From a virus (Duplodnaviria > Heunggongvirae > Uroviricota > Caudoviricetes): a stretch of DNA of 64,000 bases. The position numbers were made by a program, and so were the translations under genes. This document shows positions 8,914-17,239 of the stretch, piece after piece. The DNA lies in the IMG/VR virus record IMGVR_UViG_3300028103_000015; one strand, 5' to 3'. A model generated the notes under the pieces. It searched no databases and was not told where the DNA came from. It saw nothing but the letters and a program-made list of their open reading frames with translations. The first letter of the stretch is position 1. Each line of letters starts with the position of its first letter.

Positions 8914-9216
8914 TTACATGATATTAGTGGCAGCATAAAAACGTTCTACATCTTCTGATTCTAAATAGATTTCACTCTGAAAGGTGTTTCTCTGACGTTT
9001 AACACCCTTCACCTTATTGTTTCTAGGATCTACGTCAGGTACTTCCTGACTTCTTTCATGTAAATCATCTAACAAGACTAACAGTCTTCCATCCTCAATA
9101 CCCACAGTGCGAATCACCTTGTTCATGTTAAAGCTGTCTCTAAATACATTGTACACAGGATTGTCTGGTGTACCGCTCTTAAGCTCCTTACGAGTGTAAA
9201 AGAATTGATTTTTCAT
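8914..9216 (-). CDS. hypothetical protein
   Basis: 100-aa ORF tiling the leftward operon. Confidence 0.45.
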   Translation of the reverse strand: MKNQFFYTRKELKSGTPDNPVYNVFRDSFNMNKVIRTVGIEDGRLLVLLDDLHERSQEVPDVDPRNNKVKGVKRQRNTFQSEIYLESEDVERFYAATNIM

Positions 9217-9644
9217 TTGAGTTTGTTATAAAATTGATTTGTTAAATACTGCATTTGATAGGCGTAGGTTTCCTCTGTATGCTCATTTAATGGCACACCT
9301 GCCCAATCCATAATATTGAGCGTTGCATGAAACAACTCATGACTATTTATGCTTATGTCATCAGCTGTTGGAAGCCATATAATGGGAGCTTTTCCATCCA
9401 CAATACCGAATGTAATGCCCCTGCAATCAAGGTCACCACCCACCACTGTACTATCTAGGTTTTCTCTAATATACTTAGCAGCATACCCTGTATCTTTTGT
9501 AATGATAACTTTTACATCCATGTCAAATGTTCCTCCAGGGATGGTGAACTTGCATGATCTGTAGAAATCTTCATCATTAAGATATACAATAACAGCTATT
9601 GCAAACAGCAGTGATAAACCTGCTATAATTAAGTTAGTTTTCAT
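9213..9644 (-). CDS. signal-anchored HExxH zinc metallopeptidase-like protein
   Basis: Hydrophobic N-terminal segment (LIIAGLSLLFAIAVIVYL) and an HELFH motif. Confidence 0.45.
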   Translation of the reverse strand: MKTNLIIAGLSLLFAIAVIVYLNDEDFYRSCKFTIPGGTFDMDVKVIITKDTGYAAKYIRENLDSTVVGGDLDCRGITFGIVDGKAPIIWLPTADDISINSHELFHATLNIMDWAGVPLNEHTEETYAYQMQYLTNQFYNKLK

Positions 9645-10035
9645 ACTTTTTCAGTAGTTTTTGACGAGTATTGTTGATTATTTCATACTTATACATATCT
9701 TTTTCCACCTGATCATGCTCTTCTAATGTCAAAAGTACGATGTTTTCCTCATCTAACATAGCTTGAGGATATTTTTCTTTTGGGAGAATGTGATGAAAGA
9801 ATATTGTTAGAGGTTCTTTGCCTAACCACTTGCCACTGATTTCCGAATAGTGTGCTTTTTTTGACCAAATTTGTAAAAAAAACTCTTGTAACTCGGAGAT
9901 TTGTCGAATTACCCTCTCAGATTTGTCCAGTTTTTTGTACAATTTACTGGACGTTTTTGGTAATGGTTTTCTAGGCTTGTGTCTAAAACAATGAGACCCT
10001 TCACATTTTGCTCCACACGTGGGGCATATGTTCAT
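9634..10035 (-). CDS. putative HNH-fold / NinG-like nuclease
   Basis: N-terminal CxxC...C..H zinc knuckle and C-terminal FFHHILPKEKYP...ENIVLLTLEEHDQ, resembling the NinG/HNH arrangement. Confidence 0.3.
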   Translation of the reverse strand: MNICPTCGAKCEGSHCFRHKPRKPLPKTSSKLYKKLDKSERVIRQISELQEFFLQIWSKKAHYSEISGKWLGKEPLTIFFHHILPKEKYPQAMLDEENIVLLTLEEHDQVEKDMYKYEIINNTRQKLLKKYEN

Positions 10036-10259
10036 TTTACACGGTTGTAGGTTTTAAACTTGCTCTTAGCATTGTACATGTCAATCAAGAAGTTGAGATT
10101 GTCTTTCCAATCTTTGTATGCTTTCTTTTTGCGCTTGTCCATCTTCTTACCCTCTTCAAACTGTTTTTCTATTTCTTCATGCAGTTCAGGAAGACTGAGG
10201 TATTGTTTATTGAACAGCTTTAGTTCATCTTCTTCGATGTTGAGTATAAGCTTTGCCAT
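10032..10259 (-). CDS. hypothetical protein (Lys/Glu-rich, 75 aa)
   Basis: ORF tiling the operon. Confidence 0.4.
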   Translation of the reverse strand: MAKLILNIEEDELKLFNKQYLSLPELHEEIEKQFEEGKKMDKRKKKAYKDWKDNLNFLIDMYNAKSKFKTYNRVK

Positions 10260-10263
10260 AGCA

Positions 10264-10713
10264 TTATTTTAAACCTGTTGATCCGAACCCACCAGTACCA
10301 CGAGTTGTGTCAGAGAGTTCATCTGTTTCTATGAATTCAGCATCTTGAACCTCCTCAAAATAGATTTGAGCACATCTATCACCTATACCAAAAGGAAAGG
10401 GACCATCTGTCATCTCTCCTAAACACCTGAATACAGCTTTCCATTCTCCTCTATAATCAGCATCAATGATGCCTATAGAATTAGCCAGCACCCAGTTTGT
10501 TTTGGAAATTCCACTACGGGGAACAACTACTCCTCTGTATCCTCTAGGGATTTCTGTGGCAAATCCCAGTCCTACGGTCATTTTGTTAGGACGTTCCACT
10601 TCTATGCTTGCTGCGTATACATCAAAGCAAGCAGCATCCAAGCTACCCTTTGTAGGTAGCTTGGCGTGCCCATTAAGTTTCTTATACTTGATCTTCAACT
10701 TCTTGCTTGGCAT
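10264..10713 (-). CDS. dut: dUTP diphosphatase (trimeric dUTPase)
   Basis: All five dUTPase motifs are present: AACFDVY, VPRSGIS, GIIDADYRGE, GDRCAQ and TTRGTGGFGSTG. Confidence 0.9.
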   Translation of the reverse strand: MPSKKLKIKYKKLNGHAKLPTKGSLDAACFDVYAASIEVERPNKMTVGLGFATEIPRGYRGVVVPRSGISKTNWVLANSIGIIDADYRGEWKAVFRCLGEMTDGPFPFGIGDRCAQIYFEEVQDAEFIETDELSDTTRGTGGFGSTGLK

Positions 10714-11716
10714 TGTCTGTTTCCTTTATTTTGTTAAGAATTGCTGTTTTGATTTCCTCATAGAATTCAGCATTGTCTACAAGCATTGTCTTAAACTCAT
10801 CCAGGTCATACTTAGTGTCATTGAATGTCATGGTTTTGCCATACTTTCTGCCTATTTCATATTCATTCATAAGCTCAAGCACCTCTCCCACTCTGTCAAT
10901 TCCCTCACCATAAACAATCTCAAATGTCGCCATTCTATATGGAGGAGTCATCTTGTTCTTAGTGGCTTTCACTTTTGTAAGATTACCATAAGTGACATCT
11001 CCTTCTTTTGCTAGAGATCTGCTCACCTCTACACGAACATCAGAATAAAACTTCAGCGCATGTCCTCCTTGTGTAGTGGTGGGATTACCAAACATCACAC
11101 CAATCTTTTCTCTATACTGACTAATAACAATCACACAAACATTGTTGTTTGCTGCAGCAGTTTTGAGTTTTGGATAGGCATTGCTATTTAGTCTAGCCTT
11201 GTGACCAAGGGTGCTATCACCCACATCACCATCTAATTGCTTCTTTGGAATCAAACTGCTGTCTGAATCTATAATCACTAGATCCACCTCTTTTGTGTTG
11301 ATCATCTCCATAGCAATGTTAAAACCCTCCTCACCGCAGCTTGGTTGAGCAATCAACATCTTGGTAGTGTCTACACCCAGGGCCTGGAAATAATTCTTAT
11401 CAACAGCATGCTCGCCATCTATATAAAGAACAGTGCCTCCCTTTCTTTGACATTCTGCAGCAGCATGTCCACAAATGGTAGACTTACCTGTACCTTCCCA
11501 TCCCATCAGTTCATATAGTTTTCCCTTCACAAATCCTCCCACACCAAGTGTAATGTAATCAAAGCCAATGGATCCTGTACTAATTACATCATAATCACCA
11601 TTTGTTTTGCTGTCAAGTGCAAGCACAGTGCCCACACCATACGTCTTGTTTAATTTGTCTAATGCTTCTTGAAATCTGCTTTTTGCTTCAGAACTTTCTT
11701 GTTTCGATTTTGCCAT
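10682..11716 (-). CDS. recA: RecA-family recombinase
   Basis: LGVGGFVKGKLYELMGWEGTGKST (Walker A) and LYIDGEHAVD align closely with the RecA core. Confidence 0.8.
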   Translation of the reverse strand: MAKSKQESSEAKSRFQEALDKLNKTYGVGTVLALDSKTNGDYDVISTGSIGFDYITLGVGGFVKGKLYELMGWEGTGKSTICGHAAAECQRKGGTVLYIDGEHAVDKNYFQALGVDTTKMLIAQPSCGEEGFNIAMEMINTKEVDLVIIDSDSSLIPKKQLDGDVGDSTLGHKARLNSNAYPKLKTAAANNNVCVIVISQYREKIGVMFGNPTTTQGGHALKFYSDVRVEVSRSLAKEGDVTYGNLTKVKATKNKMTPPYRMATFEIVYGEGIDRVGEVLELMNEYEIGRKYGKTMTFNDTKYDLDEFKTMLVDNAEFYEEIKTAILNKIKETDNAKQEVEDQV

Positions 11717-11831
11717 AAATGTGTTGTTTATTGTCTACAAATATACTATTTTTTGCTGGTATTTCCAACAGTTTTTTACAAAAAAAAGCCCCAGTGTAGA
11801 CACACCAGGGCGCTTATTATTAACCGTAAAA

Positions 11832-12038
11832 CTAAGGTTTTTGATCCTTATCAATCTTTTTATTTCCTTTCTTATACTTGGGGTCAAAGGGGCAGTGTCT
11901 GCAAGATTTGCCACAGCAGAAACCTCGTTCAATATGAAATTTCTCTGTGAACACAACCTTGTCATTCTCAAGGTAGTAGTGTATACCAGCCCTAGGCGAT
12001 TTCACAAGCACCTCCTGCACATGCTGCAATTTGACCAA
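11832..12038 (-). CDS. small Cys-rich protein
   Basis: GFCCGKSCRHCPF motif. Overlaps the 3' end of the RNR gene by 47 nt in another frame. Confidence 0.35.
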   Translation of the reverse strand: MVKLQHVQEVLVKSPRAGIHYYLENDKVVFTEKFHIERGFCCGKSCRHCPFDPKYKKGNKKIDKDQKP

Positions 12039-13842
12039 ATTCTACAGTGTCATCTAGTTCTGTCACCTTAGTGAGATCTACATTTTTAAGTGAGGACAGT
12101 CTAGTGTCATACTCTGTCCTCTCTATGTCCTCAAAGGGGGCTTGTTTGTAACTTCCTCCCCAGAAGGGTAGTACAGAGAGTCCATTGTAATATTCTTTGT
12201 TAGTCCACATCCATTCACCTACAACAGGCCATTCTTCTGGCTTGATAGAAATTGTAGCGCTCACATTGTGTGTATTCTCTCCTGTGTTATGTCCTGCCTT
12301 GATCCATTGTGTAGCAAACTTCTTAACACGCTCTAGTGTGTCTAGAGGGCTTTCAGTTCTAAATATAGATCCTTCTGGGGCTTTAACAGGAATTCTTACA
12401 CACACTGTGTCATGAGGACGCAGTACATCATCTTCTACAAGTTCTGGATGATTTACCATCAAATAGGATGCAACATCCTCATTCTTGCCAAATCTCATTG
12501 TTCTCAAATAATATGGAGCATGCCATGCATGAATGCCACTAGCTGTACCTAACACAAGACTTGTTGTTCCTGAAGGCTTAATACATGTTACACGTGCTGC
12601 CTCATTGATTCCAATCTTCTCACTAATAACAGCGTTGGTTAGTTTGGCTACATGTGCTGCTGCTTCCAAGCTATATTTCAAGATTTCTCCTGATCCAATA
12701 CCTGTCATTCCTATACCTAACAATGCATCCTTCTGAGTAGTTTTAGACCAAATAGGTCTGAGATAGTGGAAGTCTGTAAATCCAGCCTGCAGTGTTCCCA
12801 AGAAGGCTGCTGCTGTAACACGGTCATTCAGGTCTTCCTGATTAACCACATCACTTACGTTCACCTCACATAGGTTACAGAACTGGTATGGTCTAAGAGC
12901 AATCTCACAACATGGATTGGTTCCCCAGTCTAAATTGTTGGTCCAATAGATTCCAGGCTCACCAGATCCAGAAGCTTCAATCCTCTTCCAGAGGGCATCA
13001 AATTCTTCTTTGCCTACAGAACCTCTCAACAGTACAGCTGAGTTATTAGCTCTACCACGCTGTTCATTGGTTTCCCACCAGTTACCATATTTACATGTAA
13101 TCATCTCCTCATCATCATGACTGAATAGAGATATCATGGCTGATCTACGAATACCACCAGCTAGAACACTGTTAGCAATGTGACAGAGGATATCATGACA
13201 TTCTAGAGGACTCAATTGTTCTCCTTCCTGTTTCCTGTCTAAGACTGCCTGCACATGCGCCAGACATATCTTAAGAGGCTCAGGACCAGGAGCTTTACCA
13301 CCAGCTGTCACTAGTCTAGCACCTTTCTTACGAATGGCTCTAAAGTCAAACTTAGGCATAAATCCTTCCTCTAGATAGGCTTTCATGAGCACCTTCACAG
13401 CGTCTGCCCAGCCCATAATGCTATCCTCGATGAGATAGTTACGGAGTTTTCCAGGCTTTGTAATAGCTGGAAGCTTTGCAACGTGTTGTTTCTGAACACT
13501 ATAGCCCACACCTGTACCACCTAGAAGCAAAAACATAGTTTCGCTGAAGCTATGGATGCTATCTATAGGTAGGTAGCAACAGTTGTAAATACGAGAGTTG
13601 TTCACTTCAGCTGCTGGTCCAGCAAACTGTAGAGCTCTCATAGAGGGAAGCACCTTCTTTTTCCTTATAAATGTGGCTGTTTCTACAATTTGACTTTCTA
13701 GTTTGGGATATTTCTTGATCATCATTTGCTCATATCTATCCACAATCTCATCCCAGGTTTCTCTTCTTTTGAGCTCTGGAATATACTTTGCATACTTACT
13801 AAATACCGTGAGCTTGCTCAACGCGTCCAATCCTAAATCCAT
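11992..13842 (-). CDS. nrdJ: ribonucleotide reductase, probably class II (B12-dependent, NrdJ-like)
   Basis: N-terminal YAKYIPELKRRETWDEIVDRY (NrdJ signature), active-site NPCCEI, and a C-terminal Cys pair (CAGGAC). No NrdB partner is present in the window. Confidence 0.7.
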   Translation of the reverse strand: MDLGLDALSKLTVFSKYAKYIPELKRRETWDEIVDRYEQMMIKKYPKLESQIVETATFIRKKKVLPSMRALQFAGPAAEVNNSRIYNCCYLPIDSIHSFSETMFLLLGGTGVGYSVQKQHVAKLPAITKPGKLRNYLIEDSIMGWADAVKVLMKAYLEEGFMPKFDFRAIRKKGARLVTAGGKAPGPEPLKICLAHVQAVLDRKQEGEQLSPLECHDILCHIANSVLAGGIRRSAMISLFSHDDEEMITCKYGNWWETNEQRGRANNSAVLLRGSVGKEEFDALWKRIEASGSGEPGIYWTNNLDWGTNPCCEIALRPYQFCNLCEVNVSDVVNQEDLNDRVTAAAFLGTLQAGFTDFHYLRPIWSKTTQKDALLGIGMTGIGSGEILKYSLEAAAHVAKLTNAVISEKIGINEAARVTCIKPSGTTSLVLGTASGIHAWHAPYYLRTMRFGKNEDVASYLMVNHPELVEDDVLRPHDTVCVRIPVKAPEGSIFRTESPLDTLERVKKFATQWIKAGHNTGENTHNVSATISIKPEEWPVVGEWMWTNKEYYNGLSVLPFWGGSYKQAPFEDIERTEYDTRLSSLKNVDLTKVTELDDTVEFGQIAACAGGACEIA

Positions 13843-13925
13843 AAAGTTTTGTAATTTTTAAGTGAAAAATAAGGGATGGCAAATTTAATTTACCATCCCC
13901 TAAATTCCAAGAGAATTTGAAAATT

Positions 13926-14177
13926 CTAACTAACTAATTTCCTTATTTTCATTCCCAAATCTTCATCATTAATGCTGGTGCTAACCAATTTGGTTATCTC
14001 CTGATGTTGAGACATGAGCTTCTCTAAATAGAGGGTGGCATCCATGAGCTCCTCTTGAAGGTGTTTAAGGTAGTTGTCTTTATTATTCTCTTGAAGAGTG
14101 GTACCATACTTGTTATAACCTACGTTAGAACGTTCTGTATACTTATTCACCACCTGTTGAACTATCTTGTCCTTCAT
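13926..14177 (-). CDS. hypothetical protein
   Basis: ORF tiling. Confidence 0.4.
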   Translation of the reverse strand: MKDKIVQQVVNKYTERSNVGYNKYGTTLQENNKDNYLKHLQEELMDATLYLEKLMSQHQEITKLVSTSINDEDLGMKIRKLVS

Positions 14178-14556
14178 GTAATGTTATGTTTAACTTTTCA
14201 TTCAATATTTGAAAGGAACGTTCAACAGCTTGTCTCTCAGCTTCCTTTCTAGAAGAATAGCTATCTACACTTTTCACATTGTTTACATCCCATGACCACC
14301 ACCCATTGGTATGTACAACATTGATTATCACACCGTTATCATCAAACACATCAAACAACACCCTAGCATTGACATCAATCAGATTTATCAAGTTATCATC
14401 AGGAAGCCCATGCTTGTACATAGTTTCTTTAAATTCAGCAGGCACCTCACTATTCTTGAAAGATTGAATCATCTTGTCTATGTACCATTCTCTTACAGCT
14501 TGTGCAGCATGTGGATGGTTTTTTAATAATTCACTGGTTATCATATTGTTGCGCAT
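14143..14556 (-). CDS. hypothetical protein
   Basis: ORF tiling. Confidence 0.45.
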   Translation of the reverse strand: MRNNMITSELLKNHPHAAQAVREWYIDKMIQSFKNSEVPAEFKETMYKHGLPDDNLINLIDVNARVLFDVFDDNGVIINVVHTNGWWSWDVNNVKSVDSYSSRKEAERQAVERSFQILNEKLNITLHEGQDSSTGGE

Positions 14557-14744
14557 TTAAGTTCATCAAATTTAAGTTGCCACCAGTCACGCTCAAAGCT
14601 GTGTTCAATAGGTTCATCCCTACCATTTTTCTTAGCCTCCTGATATAGAACATCGTGCATATAGCTCACCATCTCAGCAAAATCTGTGGCTTTCTCTATA
14701 CCAAACATATCAATCATCTTGTTTAGTAATTCATGATTGTACAT
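14541..14744 (-). CDS. hypothetical protein
   Basis: ORF tiling. Confidence 0.35.
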   Translation of the reverse strand: MYNHELLNKMIDMFGIEKATDFAEMVSYMHDVLYQEAKKNGRDEPIEHSFERDWWQLKFDELKCATI

Positions 14745-15288
14745 ACTCTTTAAGTTTTTGAATGTTTAAAATCTCGTTTTCTTCTTCAAACCCATGCCAA
14801 ACCTCCTGATCATCAGAAAATTCCACACCAAGCTTTTCCTCCCAGAATTTGATAAGATCTTCTGTTCTATTGAACACGCGATACTGCAGAGATATTTCAT
14901 CTCTATGCAAGCCGTTCTTCTTTATCTTAATCACCTTAGGAAAGAGAGCCTGGAATGCAGGAGAAGTTTTAGAATATTTTCCCCTTCTTACCAGATCAAA
15001 ATCTTTGGAAAACTTGGCATCCAATTGATACACCACTACAACATATCCCTCCTCATAATCATAGTCATCAATCAGATCTTTGGTTCGTTCATATTCACTG
15101 TCTAGAAACTCTCTGAACTTATCTAGGTCTTTAGGCTGGAAGAGCAGATAGATGCAGTTGTCATACTGCACCTCTCTGCTACCATCCTTGACATAACCAT
15201 TGATAAATCCATTTTCTCTCAAGGCATCCTTAGGAATCTTGAGAGTTGGCACCATAAAAATACTAGTTATTGTCCTTTTTATTTCCAT
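14731..15288 (-). CDS. hypothetical protein
   Basis: 185-aa ORF. Confidence 0.5.
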   Translation of the reverse strand: MEIKRTITSIFMVPTLKIPKDALRENGFINGYVKDGSREVQYDNCIYLLFQPKDLDKFREFLDSEYERTKDLIDDYDYEEGYVVVVYQLDAKFSKDFDLVRRGKYSKTSPAFQALFPKVIKIKKNGLHRDEISLQYRVFNRTEDLIKFWEEKLGVEFSDDQEVWHGFEEENEILNIQKLKEYVQS

Positions 15289-16331
15289 CCCATAATGTTT
15301 ACTAATCCATTGGCAATACTGTTCTCTCTAGATATGTTCCATGTGTTGTTCTCCATGGCCCATTTTAAGTCTGCAATAAGTGAGCCAACACCCTTATATT
15401 CTCTATTCTTATAGGTGAAGCCATTATATGCATTTAAAAGATCCTCCATAGAAAGCGTATAGATGAGTGGATTGTAATAGTTGGTGCTGTCACATACAAT
15501 GAACCTAATAGGATTGATTTCATAATCTCCCATATCATTCTCATTCTTGAAATGAACAGCTGCTTTCCAATACAAATAAGCCTGAATATATGCTCTGCGA
15601 TAGAGATAGTATTCCTCCAGGAAGTTCTCTACAGACCATGTACACTTCAGATCATACACTTGGATGGTTTTCTCATCATGATCTATAATCATCTTATCCA
15701 TCATGCTTTTGAACTGATGACCATCTATCTCATATCCCTCCACCTGCAGCTGATTGTGCACTGTATACCTACTACTACTTACCAGATTCACCACATCCTT
15801 GGTAACAGGATTGTTACGTAGCTCTTCTACAATCTTCTCAGCGTTGCTTACATCTTCTGCAGTGACCACTGTTAGGTTCATGCTTCTCACCTTACGGATT
15901 TCATTATAGAAGATTTCTGCATCACTGCCTACAAATTTGCTGATTACAGCATCATATTTAATCTTAAACCCAGATTCTGTATATGCATCCTTAGATATGT
16001 CCTCAAAGCTCCTTGTCACGTTCCCATTATCATCTGTAGCTTCCTTGGTGAATCTATACAGCGCCTCTACAAACGCTAGCATGAGCCCTGTAGGAGCAGA
16101 TGCACAAGATGACATATAAAACCTTCCATCAAACTCTTCTGGCTCTAATAAGAGCGTTTCTACAATCCTGCCAATAGTGGCAGCCTGGGTGTCCTTATCC
16201 TCAACCTCTTCACCCAGTATATACTTTCGGTAATACTTCTTTCTGTCCATGCTGAATTCCTTCAAGCTGGACGAGCTATCAAGCATGTTTGCACGATAGA
16301 CTGCTTCTGTTTTTGCTGTTCCTGTTATCAT
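15279..16331 (-). CDS. putative PD-(D/E)XK-type nuclease
   Basis: IIDHDEK...VYDLKCTW resembles a D...(D/E)xK motif of the YqaJ/Cas4 type. Weak call. Confidence 0.3.
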   Translation of the reverse strand: MITGTAKTEAVYRANMLDSSSSLKEFSMDRKKYYRKYILGEEVEDKDTQAATIGRIVETLLLEPEEFDGRFYMSSCASAPTGLMLAFVEALYRFTKEATDDNGNVTRSFEDISKDAYTESGFKIKYDAVISKFVGSDAEIFYNEIRKVRSMNLTVVTAEDVSNAEKIVEELRNNPVTKDVVNLVSSSRYTVHNQLQVEGYEIDGHQFKSMMDKMIIDHDEKTIQVYDLKCTWSVENFLEEYYLYRRAYIQAYLYWKAAVHFKNENDMGDYEINPIRFIVCDSTNYYNPLIYTLSMEDLLNAYNGFTYKNREYKGVGSLIADLKWAMENNTWNISRENSIANGLVNIMGWK

Positions 16332-16552
16332 ATTGCTGTTGGTTTTAACGGTTCACCTGCTGATGGATTTCCATATACACGCAGGTCATTTTGATCTACT
16401 GTTCTAAGTTCTCCTGTGTTGTAGAAGCGTACAATAAACTGGGGATTGGAATGGATGCTACCCACAATCATGAATAGCGCCACTCCATATCCTAAGTCTT
16501 TCACATCTACATCAAAGGGATTTAGAATTTCATGTACAGTTTGTACAATCAT
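16328..16552 (-). CDS. hypothetical protein
   Basis: ORF tiling. Confidence 0.4.
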   Translation of the reverse strand: MIVQTVHEILNPFDVDVKDLGYGVALFMIVGSIHSNPQFIVRFYNTGELRTVDQNDLRVYGNPSAGEPLKPTAI

Positions 16553-16791
16553 TTCTTTGTCTGTTTAAATGCTTCAATAATAGAATTGTACATAGCTCTC
16601 ACTTCACGAGGCACTCTTGCGAAGAACCATCTTACCTCTGGAGCATATTCATTGCCTCTAGGATCTACACCCTGAGGATCAATAAGCCAGAAATAATGAC
16701 GCTCTCCCTTGGATTCTATGTATCCCTCATGCCACACCTCCACAAAGGAGGCTTCTTTGTTAATCACTATCTGATTTACTTCTTCTGACAT
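16549..16791 (-). CDS. hypothetical protein
   Basis: ORF tiling. Confidence 0.4.
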   Translation of the reverse strand: MSEEVNQIVINKEASFVEVWHEGYIESKGERHYFWLIDPQGVDPRGNEYAPEVRWFFARVPREVRAMYNSIIEAFKQTKK

Positions 16792-17180
16792 TCTTTTTCC
16801 AATTTAGTTTTGTGATCATGACATTTCTCACATAACACCTGCAAATTGTCCTTCTCACAGAACAGACGCTCCACAAATCCTGGGAGGTCTTGTGCAGAAT
16901 TAAGACTTCCTGCTGGGCGAATATGATCCACGTTAATCTTCTTTTCCTGGAACCACTTACCACAGCTAGCACACTCATACTCATACTTCTGTCTCTTATT
17001 AGGGCCTTTGTATGGTCTACGAGCTTCTAGCTTAGCCTGTAATATGGGTTTCCAAAATCTGCTCTTCTGCCTCAAAGCACTGCGAATAAAGGACCAAAAG
17101 GCGCTTTCAGTCATAGTGCCAGCATTCCTAGGTTTAGCCACCTTGGGCTTCCTGGATGCTCGTTTCTTCTTGATTATCAT
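16776..17180 (-). CDS. HNH endonuclease
   Basis: CASCGK...VDHIRP...NLQVLCEKCHDHKT is an HNH motif with a zinc-finger pair. Confidence 0.75.
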   Translation of the reverse strand: MIIKKKRASRKPKVAKPRNAGTMTESAFWSFIRSALRQKSRFWKPILQAKLEARRPYKGPNKRQKYEYECASCGKWFQEKKINVDHIRPAGSLNSAQDLPGFVERLFCEKDNLQVLCEKCHDHKTKLEKECQKK

Positions 17181-17239
17181 ATAGTTATAAAATGGGGACG
17201 TAACAAATTTAAGAAAAAAATGTTACATCCCCAAATTTA

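Noticed and set aside
4319-8936. DNA-modifying glycosyltransferases, meaning T4-like base glucosylation
   Set aside because: All the enzymes are GT-A/GT2 (DxD) type with an accompanying sugar O-methyltransferase. Known phage DNA glucosyltransferases are GT-B fold. Protein or polysaccharide glycosylation is therefore judged more likely. DNA modification cannot be fully excluded from sequence alone.
10466-11014. 182-aa plus-strand ORF inside the recA and dut genes
   Set aside because: It is antisense to two strongly supported minus-strand genes.
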